From Anaerolineales bacterium (GTDB taxonomy: Bacteria; Chloroflexota; Anaerolineae; Anaerolineales; UBA11579): a DNA stretch of 64,000 bases. This document shows positions 1-9,978 of this stretch, piece by piece. The stretch is from NCBI GenBank assembly GCA_020059485.1, contig JAGVCA010000016.1:51890-115889 (forward strand), in the 5' to 3' direction. Both the position numbers and the translations under genes were made by a program. The number at the start of each line of letters is the position of its first letter. The stretch's first letter is position 1. The notes beneath the pieces are model-generated. The model ran no database searches. It worked only from the letters and a program-made list of their open reading frames with translations, and had not been told where the DNA came from.

Positions 1-46
1 ATAACCAGAATTATGATGATTGCGGGAGACATGCGTTCACCTTACC

Positions 47-1045
47 TTAGACTTCAATATCAGCGATCTTGTTCATCGCCATCGTACCGGCAACGATCAA
101 CAGGCCGCTGCAACCCAGCATGGATCCGCCACACCAGATCGGATCCTCGAAAAAGCTCATAATATACTCGCGGTTCATCATATACAACGCACCGACCAGA
201 AAAACAGGCATCAACGACAGTAATCGCCCGGAGGCCGAAACCTGGGTCGTCAGCGTCTTGATCTCACCTTTCAGACGGATGCGCTCCCGGATCGTGTGCG
301 AGATCGTTTCCAGGACCTCAGCCAGGTTACCGCCGACCTCACGCTGCACGTTGATCGCCGTCACAACCAGGTCCAGGTCTTCGCTCGGGATCCGCACAAG
401 CAGGTTATCGAGCGCTCCTTCCATCGGGATGCCAAGCTGCATTTCCTGCACGACCCGGCGAAACTCGCTGCTGATCGGTGCCGGGAGTTCTTTTGAAACC
501 GATTCAAGCGCCTGCATGGTGGAGAAACCAGCCCGCAAACCGTTGACCATCAGGTTAAGCATATCCGGCAATTGGGCATTGAAATCTTTCAGCCGCTTGG
601 ATTGCAATCGCCCGACAAAGATCCCAGGAATGAATAAGCCGACCACTGCACCTAACAAGGCGAACACAGCACCTAGGATATTGCGCTCGAGCTTGCCAAA
701 CAGCAGCCACGAGATCCCGGCTGTGGCCACACTCGAGATCACCATCAGGGCCACATATTCGCCCGGTTTGAGCTTCAGGTCAGCGCGGGCCAGTTTTTCA
801 GAGATCCGGCCGCCAAAACTGGTGGTCGACACCTGACCATCCAGCCAGGCCGACAACCGGGACTGCTTTGGACTGCCGTCATCCTCCAGAGCTGCGTTGC
901 TATATTCAAGCCCGGTTTCGGAGACCTCCAGGTAACGCTCAAGCCGTTCCTCTACCAGTTCCTTCTCGCTGGTGATGGTCACAATCACCCCCGCCACCAC
1001 CAGGATGACAAAAAATGCGATCCCAATCCAGATTATGGGTGACAT
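47..1045 (-). CDS. Tad/Flp pilus platform protein, type II secretion system F family (TadB/TadC-like)
   Basis: 332-aa ORF with an N-terminal TM helix, a soluble middle domain and C-terminal TM helices. It lies directly downstream of the cpaF-like ATPase on the same strand. Confidence 0.75.
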   Translation of the reverse strand: MSPIIWIGIAFFVILVVAGVIVTITSEKELVEERLERYLEVSETGLEYSNAALEDDGSPKQSRLSAWLDGQVSTTSFGGRISEKLARADLKLKPGEYVALMVISSVATAGISWLLFGKLERNILGAVFALLGAVVGLFIPGIFVGRLQSKRLKDFNAQLPDMLNLMVNGLRAGFSTMQALESVSKELPAPISSEFRRVVQEMQLGIPMEGALDNLLVRIPSEDLDLVVTAINVQREVGGNLAEVLETISHTIRERIRLKGEIKTLTTQVSASGRLLSLMPVFLVGALYMMNREYIMSFFEDPIWCGGSMLGCSGLLIVAGTMAMNKIADIEV

Positions 1046-1097
1046 GCCTGTTTACTCCAAACCTTTTTATCCATCACAACGATAATACATCCCGCCA

Positions 1098-2489
1098 TTA
1101 GCGGCGGGCTCCAATCCCAAAGATCTGCGGCGGCAGATGGATGCCAGCCGCTTCGAGTTTGTCCATGAACTTGGGCCGCAGGCCGGTGGGGCGCAGCCGA
1201 CCGATCACCTTGCCGCTTTCATATCCGGTCTGCTCGAACACAAACAAGTCGGTCAATGTGACGACATCGCCTTCCATGCCGGCCACCTCGGTAATATTGA
1301 CGACCTTGCGGGAACCGTCCTTGAGCCGGTCGGCATGCACGATCAGGTCAATGGCGGAAGCGATCTGCTCGCGGATCGCGCGAATTGGCAGGTCATAACC
1401 AGCCATCAGCGTCATCGTTTCAATACGCGCAATCGTATCGCGCGGGCCGTTGGAGTGGGCAGTGGTCATGGAACCGTCGTGACCGGTGTTCATCGCTTGC
1501 AGCATGTCCAGGGCAGCGCCATCGCGGATCTCACCGACGATGATACGGTCCGGTCGCATACGCAGCGAGTTGACCACCAGATTCTGGATAGTGACCTCGC
1601 CCCGGCCTTCGATATTGGGTGGGCGGGATTCAAGCGTGACCACATGATCCTGGCGGAGTTGCAGCTCGGCCGCGTTTTCGATCGTCACGATGCGCTCATC
1701 CGAGGGGATAAAGCCCGACAGGATGTTCAGCATAGTAGTTTTACCAGAACCGGTGCTGCCAGAAACCACAACGTTTAATTTGGCTTCCACACAGGCTTTC
1801 AGGAACTGGATAGACTCAGCCGTGATCGAGCCGAAATTGATCAGGTCTTGCACGGTAAAAGGCGTTTTGGAGAACAGACGAATCGTAATGGTCGGACCAA
1901 CCAGCGAGATCGGCGGGATGACCGCATTCACACGCGAACCGTCCGGAAGACGGGCGTCGACGGTTGGGCTGGATTCGTCGATCCGGCGTCCGAGCGGCGC
2001 CACGATCCGGTCGATGATCCGCATGACATGCTCATCGCTCTCAAATGCGATCGGCACGCGGGTCAGCTTGCCTTTGCGTTCCACATAGATATTCTTCGGC
2101 CCATTCACCATCACCTCGGTGACAGACTCGTCATCCAACAAGGGCTGGAGCGGGCCAAAGCCGATGATCTCGGCCACGATCTGTTCAAACAGACGGTGCT
2201 TTTCCTGCCGGGAAAGCACGATACTGTCTTCAACCAGGATCTGCTCATACAACGCCTGGATATTCTTGCGTACCTCGGCCGTCCGGGAGATGTCCATTCC
2301 CGGGTCCAATTCGGCGATCAGGCGGTTCTGCACCCGGGTTTTCAGATCCAGGTAAGTATCCCGCTGCCCGCCTGGAACCGGGGGGGCTGCCCGGCGCGCC
2401 TGCGAGGAAGAAAACCGCGCGCCCTGTCCGGATTCGGACTTATTGGTATTGTCCTCTTTTCCTTGTTCCAGCCGTCTGAGTAATGACAT
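1098..2489 (-). CDS. cpaF: CpaF/TadA family pilus assembly ATPase
   Basis: 463 aa. Walker [10 protein letters not shown]. Other conserved secretion-ATPase blocks present ([34 protein letters not shown]). Confidence 0.92.
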   Translation of the reverse strand: MSLLRRLEQGKEDNTNKSESGQGARFSSSQARRAAPPVPGGQRDTYLDLKTRVQNRLIAELDPGMDISRTAEVRKNIQALYEQILVEDSIVLSRQEKHRLFEQIVAEIIGFGPLQPLLDDESVTEVMVNGPKNIYVERKGKLTRVPIAFESDEHVMRIIDRIVAPLGRRIDESSPTVDARLPDGSRVNAVIPPISLVGPTITIRLFSKTPFTVQDLINFGSITAESIQFLKACVEAKLNVVVSGSTGSGKTTMLNILSGFIPSDERIVTIENAAELQLRQDHVVTLESRPPNIEGRGEVTIQNLVVNSLRMRPDRIIVGEIRDGAALDMLQAMNTGHDGSMTTAHSNGPRDTIARIETMTLMAGYDLPIRAIREQIASAIDLIVHADRLKDGSRKVVNITEVAGMEGDVVTLTDLFVFEQTGYESGKVIGRLRPTGLRPKFMDKLEAAGIHLPPQIFGIGARR

Positions 2490-2575
2490 ACTTATCTCCT
2501 GCTCGACCTATCCGGTCCCGAGACCAGCCTTGACGAGACAATACAAATTATTCAATCAGTGATACCTTTAATATA

Positions 2576-3829
2576 CTACGCTTCTTCGAGTTCCTTTTCA
2601 AACGCCGCGATGCGCGCCTTAATGCTGCCGGCCAGGTCATAGATCCCTTTTGAGATCGGGTGTGTCCGGTTGTTAATGATAAATGGCACACCGCGGTCCA
2701 TCGCCGGGATCACCAGCCGGTCATCGAATGGCAGCACCGCAACTACCTCAAGCTTCGAAATGTCCGCCAGACGTTCGGGCGTGACAGTTGTGCGGCGTTT
2801 GTCGTACATATTCAGGACCAACAGCACCTTGTTGGTCGGAAAGCCCAACGCAGTCAGCAGATCCAGAAACAGGCGAACGTTCTTGACGGAGGGGATATCC
2901 TGCGTGGTGATCAGAGAGATCAGGTCAGCCTCATCAATGGCGGCCTGGGTGATCTCATCCAGCGTGGAAGCAGTATCCACGATCACATACGCAAACATCC
3001 GCTTCAGAAACAGCAGGATCTTGGAAAACTGCTCCCCGGAGACTGGTTCGGCCTGCTCAGGCCGGGGTGGCGCTGCCAGGATCCGGACGCCGGTATCCTT
3101 GTGTTTGAGCAGTACATCTTCGATGAATTCGGGATCCAGTTCGTCCGCACGCGTGGCAACATCACTGAGGTTATTCTTGATCTGCTCATTGAAAAAGAAC
3201 GAAAGATCGCCGAACTGCACCCGGCCATCCACAACCACCACCGGCGCTTCTTCAGTATGGAGCGCCACGGCCAGGTTGGCGGTGATCGAGGTCGTCCCGA
3301 TCCCGCCCTTGGGGCCAAAAACTGTGATCACCTTGCCGTTGTGGCGGGGCGGGAAATAACCGCCGCTGGCGGTGCCCATGCCGCTGGCCTGGACCGCAGC
3401 CATAGTTTGCGCCGCTTTGCGCTTTTCCTGCTGGGCCATTTCTCCCGCCCGTTTGATCGCTGAGATCAATTCATCCAGATCAGGCGGTTTGGTCAGGAAG
3501 TCCCTGGCACCGGCCAGCATGGCCTTGCGCATGTAGTTCGGGTCACTTTGGACAGACAGGATCACGATCTGGACGCCCGGCATCTTGGATCGGATGCGTT
3601 CGGTCGCCGTGATCCCATCCATATCCGGCATGTTGATATCCATCAAAACCACATCCGGGTTGGTTTCACCGGATACCCGGATGGCTTCGGTCCCAGACCG
3701 GGCTACTCCGATCACCTCGATATTCGCCTCAAACTGGAGCAGCTTGCGGATGTTTTCGCGTGTTTCAGCGATATCGTCGACAATCAGGACATTGATCTTC
3801 TGTGGTTCTGACATTAAATCACTCACCAA
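2576..3829 (-). CDS. Response-regulator receiver domain fused to a CpaE/TadZ-like ParA/MinD ATPase
   Basis: N-terminal REC with DD, LMDINMPDMDG, ILSVQ and LTKP motifs. C-terminal deviant Walker A GPKGGIGTTS. The ORF begins with TTG at 3829; an ATG at 3814 is an alternative start. Confidence 0.85.
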   Translation of the reverse strand: MVSDLMSEPQKINVLIVDDIAETRENIRKLLQFEANIEVIGVARSGTEAIRVSGETNPDVVLMDINMPDMDGITATERIRSKMPGVQIVILSVQSDPNYMRKAMLAGARDFLTKPPDLDELISAIKRAGEMAQQEKRKAAQTMAAVQASGMGTASGGYFPPRHNGKVITVFGPKGGIGTTSITANLAVALHTEEAPVVVVDGRVQFGDLSFFFNEQIKNNLSDVATRADELDPEFIEDVLLKHKDTGVRILAAPPRPEQAEPVSGEQFSKILLFLKRMFAYVIVDTASTLDEITQAAIDEADLISLITTQDIPSVKNVRLFLDLLTALGFPTNKVLLVLNMYDKRRTTVTPERLADISKLEVVAVLPFDDRLVIPAMDRGVPFIINNRTHPISKGIYDLAGSIKARIAAFEKELEEA

Positions 3830-3836
3830 ATCCAGG

Positions 3837-5015
3837 TTACTGGAAGATTACACCATTGTCGGCATCGTTCTCCAATACAGGCGGAACGAGTATGTCAATC
3901 CGGGGGTTGGTACCGTAGGGCAGCCGGACCGGCAGCGGGATGCGGTAGACATCCATCAAATACTGCAGCGTGACGGCATCGGTATCGGTACGAGCCTCAT
4001 TGACAGAACCCGCCCCGCGCAGCGCCAGGGTGATCTCGGCACCGGTGTACAGCAGGTAGTTGAGCGTAACGGCGTCCTGCGGCCACATGATCAACGTGAC
4101 GATATCCGGCGGTAACGACGTGACTGTAGTCGCCGTTGTTACACCGCCTTCAGGCGTCGGTTGGCCGACGGGTGTTGGGGTCACCAACTGCACTTCCCTT
4201 CCCCTGTCATCATATACCGGGAAAGTCCCCACCTGCAGCACGGCCAGGTTCTGGAAGACGCGCTGGCTGACCACACGGGCACGCTGCGGTTCAGTGGGCA
4301 CATAATAGAACGGCAGGTCCAGCAAAGCATCCAGTTCCGCCCGGCCCTGAGGTGAAAGGTCGGAGCCGGTAACAGTCTGGGCGACGCCATTATTCAGGCC
4401 AAATTCGCCAAACACCAGAGAACCTGATGTTTCTTGCTGACCCATGAGCACATTCGCGCCGGGAGTCAGTACACCGGCAGTCTGGTTGGGGGTCATCGAC
4501 TGGAACTGGGTGTCCAGATCGACAAAAGCCATCGTGACGATCACATCAACATAGTCGCCGCGGGTCAGGCCATAAGCCACCGAGGAAAATCGGTTGATCG
4601 GCACAGGGAAAGCCACCATCCCCTCAGAGATCAGCCAGGAATGGTCCGAACCCTGGAAATCCTGTTGGATGCTTGAATCTCCCGAAGCCCCAACCAGCAT
4701 ACTGCTGTTCAGGAAGGTGCCAGCCACCAGATCGATCCGGGCAGTTTCACCGACCACTTGAGAGAAAGCGGTGAAATTAGATCCGGCCACTACCTGTTCT
4801 CTGGGCAGAAAGCGGATCTCAAGTTTTTCTTCCGAAAATACCTCGCCGCGCGAGACCGGAAGTTTCACCACCACGACGGGCACACTTGCCAGCGCCTGTT
4901 CGGTCGCGGCAATGTCTGCCTGAGAACCCCGGTTGCCCTGGTTCAGCAGGAACAATGCCACCAGTGCGACAGCAACCACCAGGGCCACCAACAAAAGTAA
5001 TCTTCCAAGGCGCAT
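3837..5015 (-). CDS. cpaB: Flp pilus assembly protein CpaB/RcpC-like (N-terminal anchor plus SAF-type domain)
   Basis: 392 aa. It has a single N-terminal TM helix (LLLLVALVVAVALVALFLL), and the following region resembles the CpaB SAF domain. Its position between flp and cpaE fits. Confidence 0.75.
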   Translation of the reverse strand: MRLGRLLLLVALVVAVALVALFLLNQGNRGSQADIAATEQALASVPVVVVKLPVSRGEVFSEEKLEIRFLPREQVVAGSNFTAFSQVVGETARIDLVAGTFLNSSMLVGASGDSSIQQDFQGSDHSWLISEGMVAFPVPINRFSSVAYGLTRGDYVDVIVTMAFVDLDTQFQSMTPNQTAGVLTPGANVLMGQQETSGSLVFGEFGLNNGVAQTVTGSDLSPQGRAELDALLDLPFYYVPTEPQRARVVSQRVFQNLAVLQVGTFPVYDDRGREVQLVTPTPVGQPTPEGGVTTATTVTSLPPDIVTLIMWPQDAVTLNYLLYTGAEITLALRGAGSVNEARTDTDAVTLQYLMDVYRIPLPVRLPYGTNPRIDILVPPVLENDADNGVIFQ

Positions 5016-5288
5016 ACTGCCTCCTATCCAATCCTGATTTTAGTTTATGATACCCCCCTCAACATCACTGTCAATCAGAGGTGGGTACTATGGAGAGAGA
5101 TCCTGGAAATTAGTCTACAAGAGTTTTATCTTCTCTGCCATTTAAATTATACGAGGAATTACGCCCGAATTATTGCCATTTGTTTACAGCTACATTACAA
5201 CCAGGCATGAAAGTTTTGCCATTAAGGAGTGAAGCCCCTCGAAAGGGGCCTCACCTGTCTTGCTTTTTCTGATTTGGTGGGTCTTCGA

Positions 5289-5447
5289 TCAGGAAACGTC
5301 AGCCAGGGTGTTTCCGATGTCGGTGAAGACGTTACCAATGGTGGGGGCCAGGAACCGCATCGCAACGATCACGACGATGGCGATGAGGACGATGATCAGA
5401 GCGTACTCTACCAGACCTTGGCCTTTTTCTTCAGGGGTAAAAAACAT
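5289..5447 (-). CDS. flp: Flp family type IVb prepilin (copy 1)
   Basis: Not in the ORF track (52 aa). My minus-strand translation is MFFTPEEKGQGLVEYALIIVLIAIVVIVAMRFLAPTIGNVFTDIGNTLADVS. It carries the Flp motif G/LVEYALI, an RBS GGAGA 7 nt upstream and stop TGA at 5289-5291. Confidence 0.9.
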   Translation of the reverse strand: MFFTPEEKGQGLVEYALIIVLIAIVVIVAMRFLAPTIGNVFTDIGNTLADVS

Positions 5448-5501
5448 GATAATTCTCCTTTCATAAATGGATCACCTCACGGTGATTGAACGATTGCCCA
5501 C

Positions 5502-5530
5502 ATTATAGGATATTAGTATCTTAATATCAA
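5502..5530 (-). promoter_or_regulatory. Sigma-70-type promoter of flp copy 1
   Basis: Minus strand reads TTGATA (5525-5530), a 17-nt spacer, then TATAAT (5502-5507). The predicted 5' UTR contains the hairpin ATCACC-gtga-GGTGAT. Confidence 0.7.
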
Positions 5531-5789
5531 TAGCTTCCGGTTTACAGAATTGATAGGGTGTGTTCTATTGGGACCCCTGGAAACCGGACCCGGGTTCTGA
5601 TCAAAAGTTGGCAGCCGATCGCGCTTTTATCCCTAGTTTCCTTAATTAGTGCTCAACAAACTCACAATCATCGTACCTTTCCAAGCCCATCTGGTCCTGT
5701 GACAACAGGCGCGGACAATCGGGATTAAATAATTGAAGCCCCTCGAAAGGAGCCTCAATTATTTCAGAACTGGATTGTTGGGTCTTCGA

Positions 5790-5948
5790 TCAGGAAACGT
5801 CAGACAGGGTGTTTCCGATGGAGGTGAAGACGTTACCAATGGTGGGGGCCAGGAACCGCATCGCAACGATCACGACGATGGCGATCAGGACGATGATCAG
5901 AGCGTACTCTACCAGACCTTGGCCTTTTTCTTCAGGGGTAAAAAACAT
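5790..5948 (-). CDS. flp: Flp family type IVb prepilin (copy 2)
   Basis: 52 aa. Identical to copy 1 except D43S and A49S (NVFTSIGNTLSDVS). Same RBS context. Confidence 0.9.
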   Translation of the reverse strand: MFFTPEEKGQGLVEYALIIVLIAIVVIVAMRFLAPTIGNVFTSIGNTLSDVS

Positions 5949-6002
5949 GATGATTCTCCTTTTATAAATAGATCACCGGACGGTGATTGAACGATTGCCC
6001 AC

Positions 6003-6030
6003 ATTATAGGGTACTAGAACCTTAAATCAA
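6003..6030 (-). promoter_or_regulatory. Sigma-70-type promoter of flp copy 2
   Basis: Minus strand reads TTGATT (6025-6030), a 16-nt spacer, then TATAAT (6003-6008). Confidence 0.65.
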
Positions 6031-6297
6031 ATACCTTCAGGCTTACAAATTTGATAGGGTGTGTTCTATTGGGACCCCTGGAAACCGAACCCGGGTGCTG
6101 ATCGAAAGTTGTCAGCCGATCGCACTTCTATTCTCGGCTTTCTTAATCGATAATCGATGACCTACACACTCACCATGACCGCACCTTTTCTAAGCCAGCT
6201 GGTCCTGTGACAGCAGGTGAGGACAATCGGGATTAAGAAATTGAAGCCCTTCGATAGGGGCCTCAATTATAAAAAATCTGGATTGTTGGGTCTTCGA

Positions 6298-6456
6298 TCA
6301 GGAAACGTCAGCCAGGGTGTTTCCGATGTCGGTGAAGACATTCCCGATGGTGGGGGCCAGGAACCGCATCGCAACGATTACGACGATAGCGATCAGGACG
6401 ATGATCAGAGCGTACTCTACCAGACCTTGGCCTTTTTCTTCAGGGGTAAAAAACAT
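6298..6456 (-). CDS. flp: Flp family type IVb prepilin (copy 3)
   Basis: 52 aa. The protein is identical to copy 1 but has synonymous nucleotide differences. Confidence 0.9.
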   Translation of the reverse strand: MFFTPEEKGQGLVEYALIIVLIAIVVIVAMRFLAPTIGNVFTDIGNTLADVS

Positions 6457-6511
6457 GGCGAATTCTCCTTTCAAAAATCGGTCACCTGACGGTGAATGAA
6501 CGAGTGTACTA

Positions 6512-6540
6512 ATTATAGAATATTAGTACCTCGATTTCAA
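6512..6540 (-). promoter_or_regulatory. Sigma-70-type promoter of flp copy 3
   Basis: Minus strand reads TTGAAA (6535-6540), a 17-nt spacer, then TATAAT (6512-6517). Confidence 0.65.
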
Positions 6541-6572
6541 TAGTTCTAAAATTTACAAATATGTCAGGGAAA

Positions 6573-7622
6573 CTAGCCGGGCAGCCCAAAAATTGGGATC
6601 TGGATCTGGATCCTGGCACCCTGACCGGGCACGCTGTCCATCGTCATTGTTCCGTTCAGCATCACCACGCGTTCGCGGATCACGTTGATGCCGAAGGCAT
6701 CTTCCTGATTTTCAAGCGCTTCGGGGACAAACCCGGAACCATTGTCTTCCACCCCAAGTTTGATCCCATCCATCATATCCAACTGCAGCTTGATCTGCGT
6801 AGCCTGGCTGACGGTGACAGCGTAGTTAAGCAGTTCCTGCACCGCCCGGAAGACAAGCACTTCCAAATAGCTTTCGAGCCGCCGCTCGGTCCCGCTCAGG
6901 CTGACAATCACCTCCACGCTGTGTTTTTCGCGGAAGGAGTTGCTGTACTGCTTGATGGTCGGTAGCAATCCGAGGTCATCCAGCATCATCGGGCGCAGGT
7001 CGAAGATGAAATCCCGAATGTGCTGGAAGGTGCGGGAGGCAGAGTTTTTCAAGGAATTGAGTTCTTCACGCGCCCGGGTCTGATCAACCTCGAACAGACG
7101 CATGGCGATCTCGGTCTGGAGGATGAAATTGGAGAGCGCCTGTGCCGGCCCATCGTGCATCTGGCGGGAGAGCCGCTTGCGCTCGGTCTCCTGCGCCTGG
7201 ATCAGCATTTCAGCCTTTGCCAGGTTGGTATTCTCCCCACCGTTGGCCCCCAGGCCAAGCCCGGCATCGCCGGAAAGCGAGGACATCACGCGGCGCAGCA
7301 TCCCGAGGTAACGATTCAGGTGGTTCTGGTCGCTTTGAAGTTTTTCCAATTGGCCGCGCATCCCCACCAGACGCTGCTGCGCATCCAGAGCGGCATCGTA
7401 GGCCGTCTTGATCTCATTAATTGGCAGCTCATTGATCTTTGAGCCAACCTGCTGCAGGTGCATATTGATGGTAGCATTGCGCTGCGATAGTTTATCCACT
7501 TCCACCTGACTCTGATCCAGCATCAATTTGATCTCCCGCAGTTCACGGGCAGCATCGTCTATTTCCTGCTGGATCAGGTCGTGCAAATTGGTGTTGGGAT
7601 CGATCGGCGGGCTGCTTTCCAT
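6573..7622 (-). CDS. Cytoplasmic sensor histidine kinase, HisKA_3/DegS-LiaS type
   Basis: 349 aa with no TM helix. It has a coiled-coil-like N-terminus, the H-box RLSRQMHDGPAQAL and the ATPase motif VEDNGSGF. Confidence 0.88.
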   Translation of the reverse strand: MESSPPIDPNTNLHDLIQQEIDDAARELREIKLMLDQSQVEVDKLSQRNATINMHLQQVGSKINELPINEIKTAYDAALDAQQRLVGMRGQLEKLQSDQNHLNRYLGMLRRVMSSLSGDAGLGLGANGGENTNLAKAEMLIQAQETERKRLSRQMHDGPAQALSNFILQTEIAMRLFEVDQTRAREELNSLKNSASRTFQHIRDFIFDLRPMMLDDLGLLPTIKQYSNSFREKHSVEVIVSLSGTERRLESYLEVLVFRAVQELLNYAVTVSQATQIKLQLDMMDGIKLGVEDNGSGFVPEALENQEDAFGINVIRERVVMLNGTMTMDSVPGQGARIQIQIPIFGLPG

Positions 7623-7631
7623 GGTCTACCC

Positions 7632-8333
7632 CTAATCCTCCGGATTGGATTCCTGGTCGTGCAGGCGCATCCAACCCCGCCGCAGCGCATAGACTGCAGC
7701 CTGGGTGCGATCTTCGACCCGCAGTTTGCGCAGAATGGCGGTCACATGGTTCTTGACAGTCTGATGGCTGATCCCCAGCCTGGTGGCAATCTCCTTATTG
7801 CTTAATCCCTGGGTAACACAACCCAGAACTTCCATCTCTCGCACTGATAAGGGCGAGAACGGTTCTCCCGGATCACTGTAAGCTTTCAGCGAGGATTCCG
7901 TGCGATCGTCCAGCCAGTCTGTCACGCCTTTAGCATCCAGTTTCTCTTCCCCCACAAAATAATAACCTTCGGCTACAGCCCTGATCATCTCCACCAATTG
8001 TTCTGGCATGATGTCCTTGGCGCTGAAAGCATGCGCACCAACCCGCATCGAATGGATCACCTGTTCGAGATCGTCATAAGCGGTCAGCAGGATCACCCTG
8101 GTGGACAGCTTGTCTGTGATGATCTGGCGGGTGATCTGTTGGCCGTTCAATTCGGGCAGATTGACATCCAGAAGGGCGATATCAGGTTTTAGGAAGCGGA
8201 TCACTTCCAGCGCTTTTTCGCCGGAATCCGCCTCACCGACCACTTCCAGATCTGGCTCCAAAGACAAGGAATCGATGACTCCCTGCCGGAAGAGTGGATG
8301 GTCATCCACGACCACGATCGTAATCTTTTCCAT
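7632..8333 (-). CDS. NarL/LuxR-family response regulator
   Basis: REC domain (VVVDDHPL, LLDVNLPELNG). C-terminal LuxR HTH (LSVREMEVLGCVTQGLSNKEIA). The ORF extends to 8369, but the ATG at 8333 (MEKITIVVVDD) fits the domain start. Confidence 0.88.
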   Translation of the reverse strand: MEKITIVVVDDHPLFRQGVIDSLSLEPDLEVVGEADSGEKALEVIRFLKPDIALLDVNLPELNGQQITRQIITDKLSTRVILLTAYDDLEQVIHSMRVGAHAFSAKDIMPEQLVEMIRAVAEGYYFVGEEKLDAKGVTDWLDDRTESSLKAYSDPGEPFSPLSVREMEVLGCVTQGLSNKEIATRLGISHQTVKNHVTAILRKLRVEDRTQAAVYALRRGWMRLHDQESNPED

Positions 8334-8463
8334 GAATTCAGTCCCTAGCCTTCGCAACACGGGCCCCAATACCCGCTATTATGGTTGAGTATAGCACAGG
8401 GTGATAGGCCTAGCAACAAACAATCACCTGGCAACAATTGACCTGAAATAGGCCGCAGCAGAA

Positions 8464-9978
8464 CTAATCCTGGCAATCTTCCCACGCATAGACAGCCATA
8501 TTCATCTGGCCGAAGTCACGGGTCACCCTGCTATCAGTCTGGTACAGCACATCAAGGCCGGAGACAAGCTCCGGATACCAATCCGGGAAGGTGACCAGCA
8601 CACTCGGACAGCGCTGCTGCAGGTATGCGGCCAGTTGGGCTTCATCCCGGATAAAGGGGATCACATCCGGCGAGATCAATCCCGCCAGATCAACAATTTC
8701 CCGCTTTGCAAAATAACCGATCGCGCCAATGTCGTGGGCTGCGACCAGGTCATCCGGGGCGGTGTTTTCCACCAACCAGGCAGAGACAGCCACCATTTCC
8801 CCATTGATGACCTGCACGTCCTTACGATAGGCGTCCGCCCCAAACCACCAAAAAACCGTCAGCAGCACAGCCAGCGCCGCCCACCAAACTCGCCTCAGCA
8901 ACCACCCCAGCCGGCTGCCGGCCCTTGACCCGGTCAATGCCGCCACACCGGCCAGCCCCCATAATGCCAGCACCGGGACCGCCGGCATGATGTACCGTCC
9001 ATGCTGGTAGGTGACCGGAAGGCGGACGGCATACAGTGCGATGAAACCGAACAGCCACAGCAAGCCAGAGAGCCGGGCCCAACGCCTCACCCGGACATCA
9101 ACGTACAACTGGAACAGCAGACCCGGCAGCAGCAGCACACCCACCCCGACCAGCAGCGGCACCGGCTGGGCCAGCAATCGCTCCCAGATCGGGAACTGCC
9201 GCAGCTCGGCATACTCAGCCTGTTTGGCGAAAAATGTGTTAGGCCACCAGGTTCCTGCCAGCCAGCGGTTGAAGGCCAGATACGGCAGAAAAGCCGCCAG
9301 CCCGCCTGCCAGAGCCGCCAATCCCAGGCCCGCCCGGCGGGAGAAACGCTGCCGGGCGTCCAGCAGGACGGTGAACAGTACCGGCCCGAACAGGGTAACC
9401 GCTTCCGGGCGCAGCCAGATCCCAGCCCCGACCAGCGCGCCGACCCCCAGCCAGCGCCAGTGATCGTTCTGCCGGGGAGAGCGGGATTCCAGGTACAGCA
9501 AGCTGAACAAAACCGCCGGCACCAGAACCGCCATCAGTAAAGTTTCCATTCCTGAGAGGGCAGCCCACAGCAAGTGCCATTCCAGGGACAGCAGTAATCC
9601 GGCCGCCAGCGGCCAGACACCGCTGTGCGCGCTCAGATACGGCCAGCATTTCCAGGCCAGCACCGCGATCCCCCAGATCCCGATCAGGCCCAGGAACAGG
9701 ACCCAACAAAACGGCGATCCTGCCAGCCAATAACCGGGGACCAGCAGCAGCACCCACAACGGGGCAGTCGCTCCCGCCGAGGACTGCGCGAGATAATATG
9801 ACCAGCCCTGCCCGGCCGCCAGGCTGCGGGCGTAGGTCTGGTGGATCCAGCCGTCATCCAGCGGGAAGCCAACCGCATCGTTGACCACAGCCAGGGCGAT
9901 CCAGCCGGTCACCGAGAGCACCGCCGCCAGGCTGATGATCCAGAACTGAATGCGGTTTGACCTCATGGCTGCTCCCAT
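8464..9978 (-). CDS. Polytopic membrane protein, GT-C-fold glycosyltransferase-like
   Basis: 504 aa with many predicted TM helices followed by a C-terminal soluble domain. It overlaps the upstream gene by 16 nt. Confidence 0.5.
   Translation of the reverse strand: MGAAMRSNRIQFWIISLAAVLSVTGWIALAVVNDAVGFPLDDGWIHQTYARSLAAGQGWSYYLAQSSAGATAPLWVLLLVPGYWLAGSPFCWVLFLGLIGIWGIAVLAWKCWPYLSAHSGVWPLAAGLLLSLEWHLLWAALSGMETLLMAVLVPAVLFSLLYLESRSPRQNDHWRWLGVGALVGAGIWLRPEAVTLFGPVLFTVLLDARQRFSRRAGLGLAALAGGLAAFLPYLAFNRWLAGTWWPNTFFAKQAEYAELRQFPIWERLLAQPVPLLVGVGVLLLPGLLFQLYVDVRVRRWARLSGLLWLFGFIALYAVRLPVTYQHGRYIMPAVPVLALWGLAGVAALTGSRAGSRLGWLLRRVWWAALAVLLTVFWWFGADAYRKDVQVINGEMVAVSAWLVENTAPDDLVAAHDIGAIGYFAKREIVDLAGLISPDVIPFIRDEAQLAAYLQQRCPSVLVTFPDWYPELVSGLDVLYQTDSRVTRDFGQMNMAVYAWEDCQD

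Larger units (their letters stand above)
5226..6545 (-). repeat. Tandem triplication of a roughly 500-bp promoter / 5' UTR hairpin / flp / downstream hairpin cassette
   Basis: Three units start at about 5226, 5730 and 6238. Each unit has a conserved downstream hairpin GAAGCCCCTCGAAAGGGGCCTC (5231-5252 in unit 1) with point variants in units 2 and 3. Units 1 and 2 share a conserved upstream block gatagggtgtgttctattgggacccctggaaacc. Confidence 0.85.

Noticed and set aside
5229-6499. Plus-strand ORFs of 60-90 aa (5229-5489, 5260-5466, 5733-5990, 6217-6489, 6317-6499).
   Set aside because: They are antisense to the three Flp prepilin genes. They contain low-complexity DDDxD stretches that mirror the hydrophobic pilin core. 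They have no RBS. The minus-strand genes have canonical Flp motifs, RBSs and promoters.
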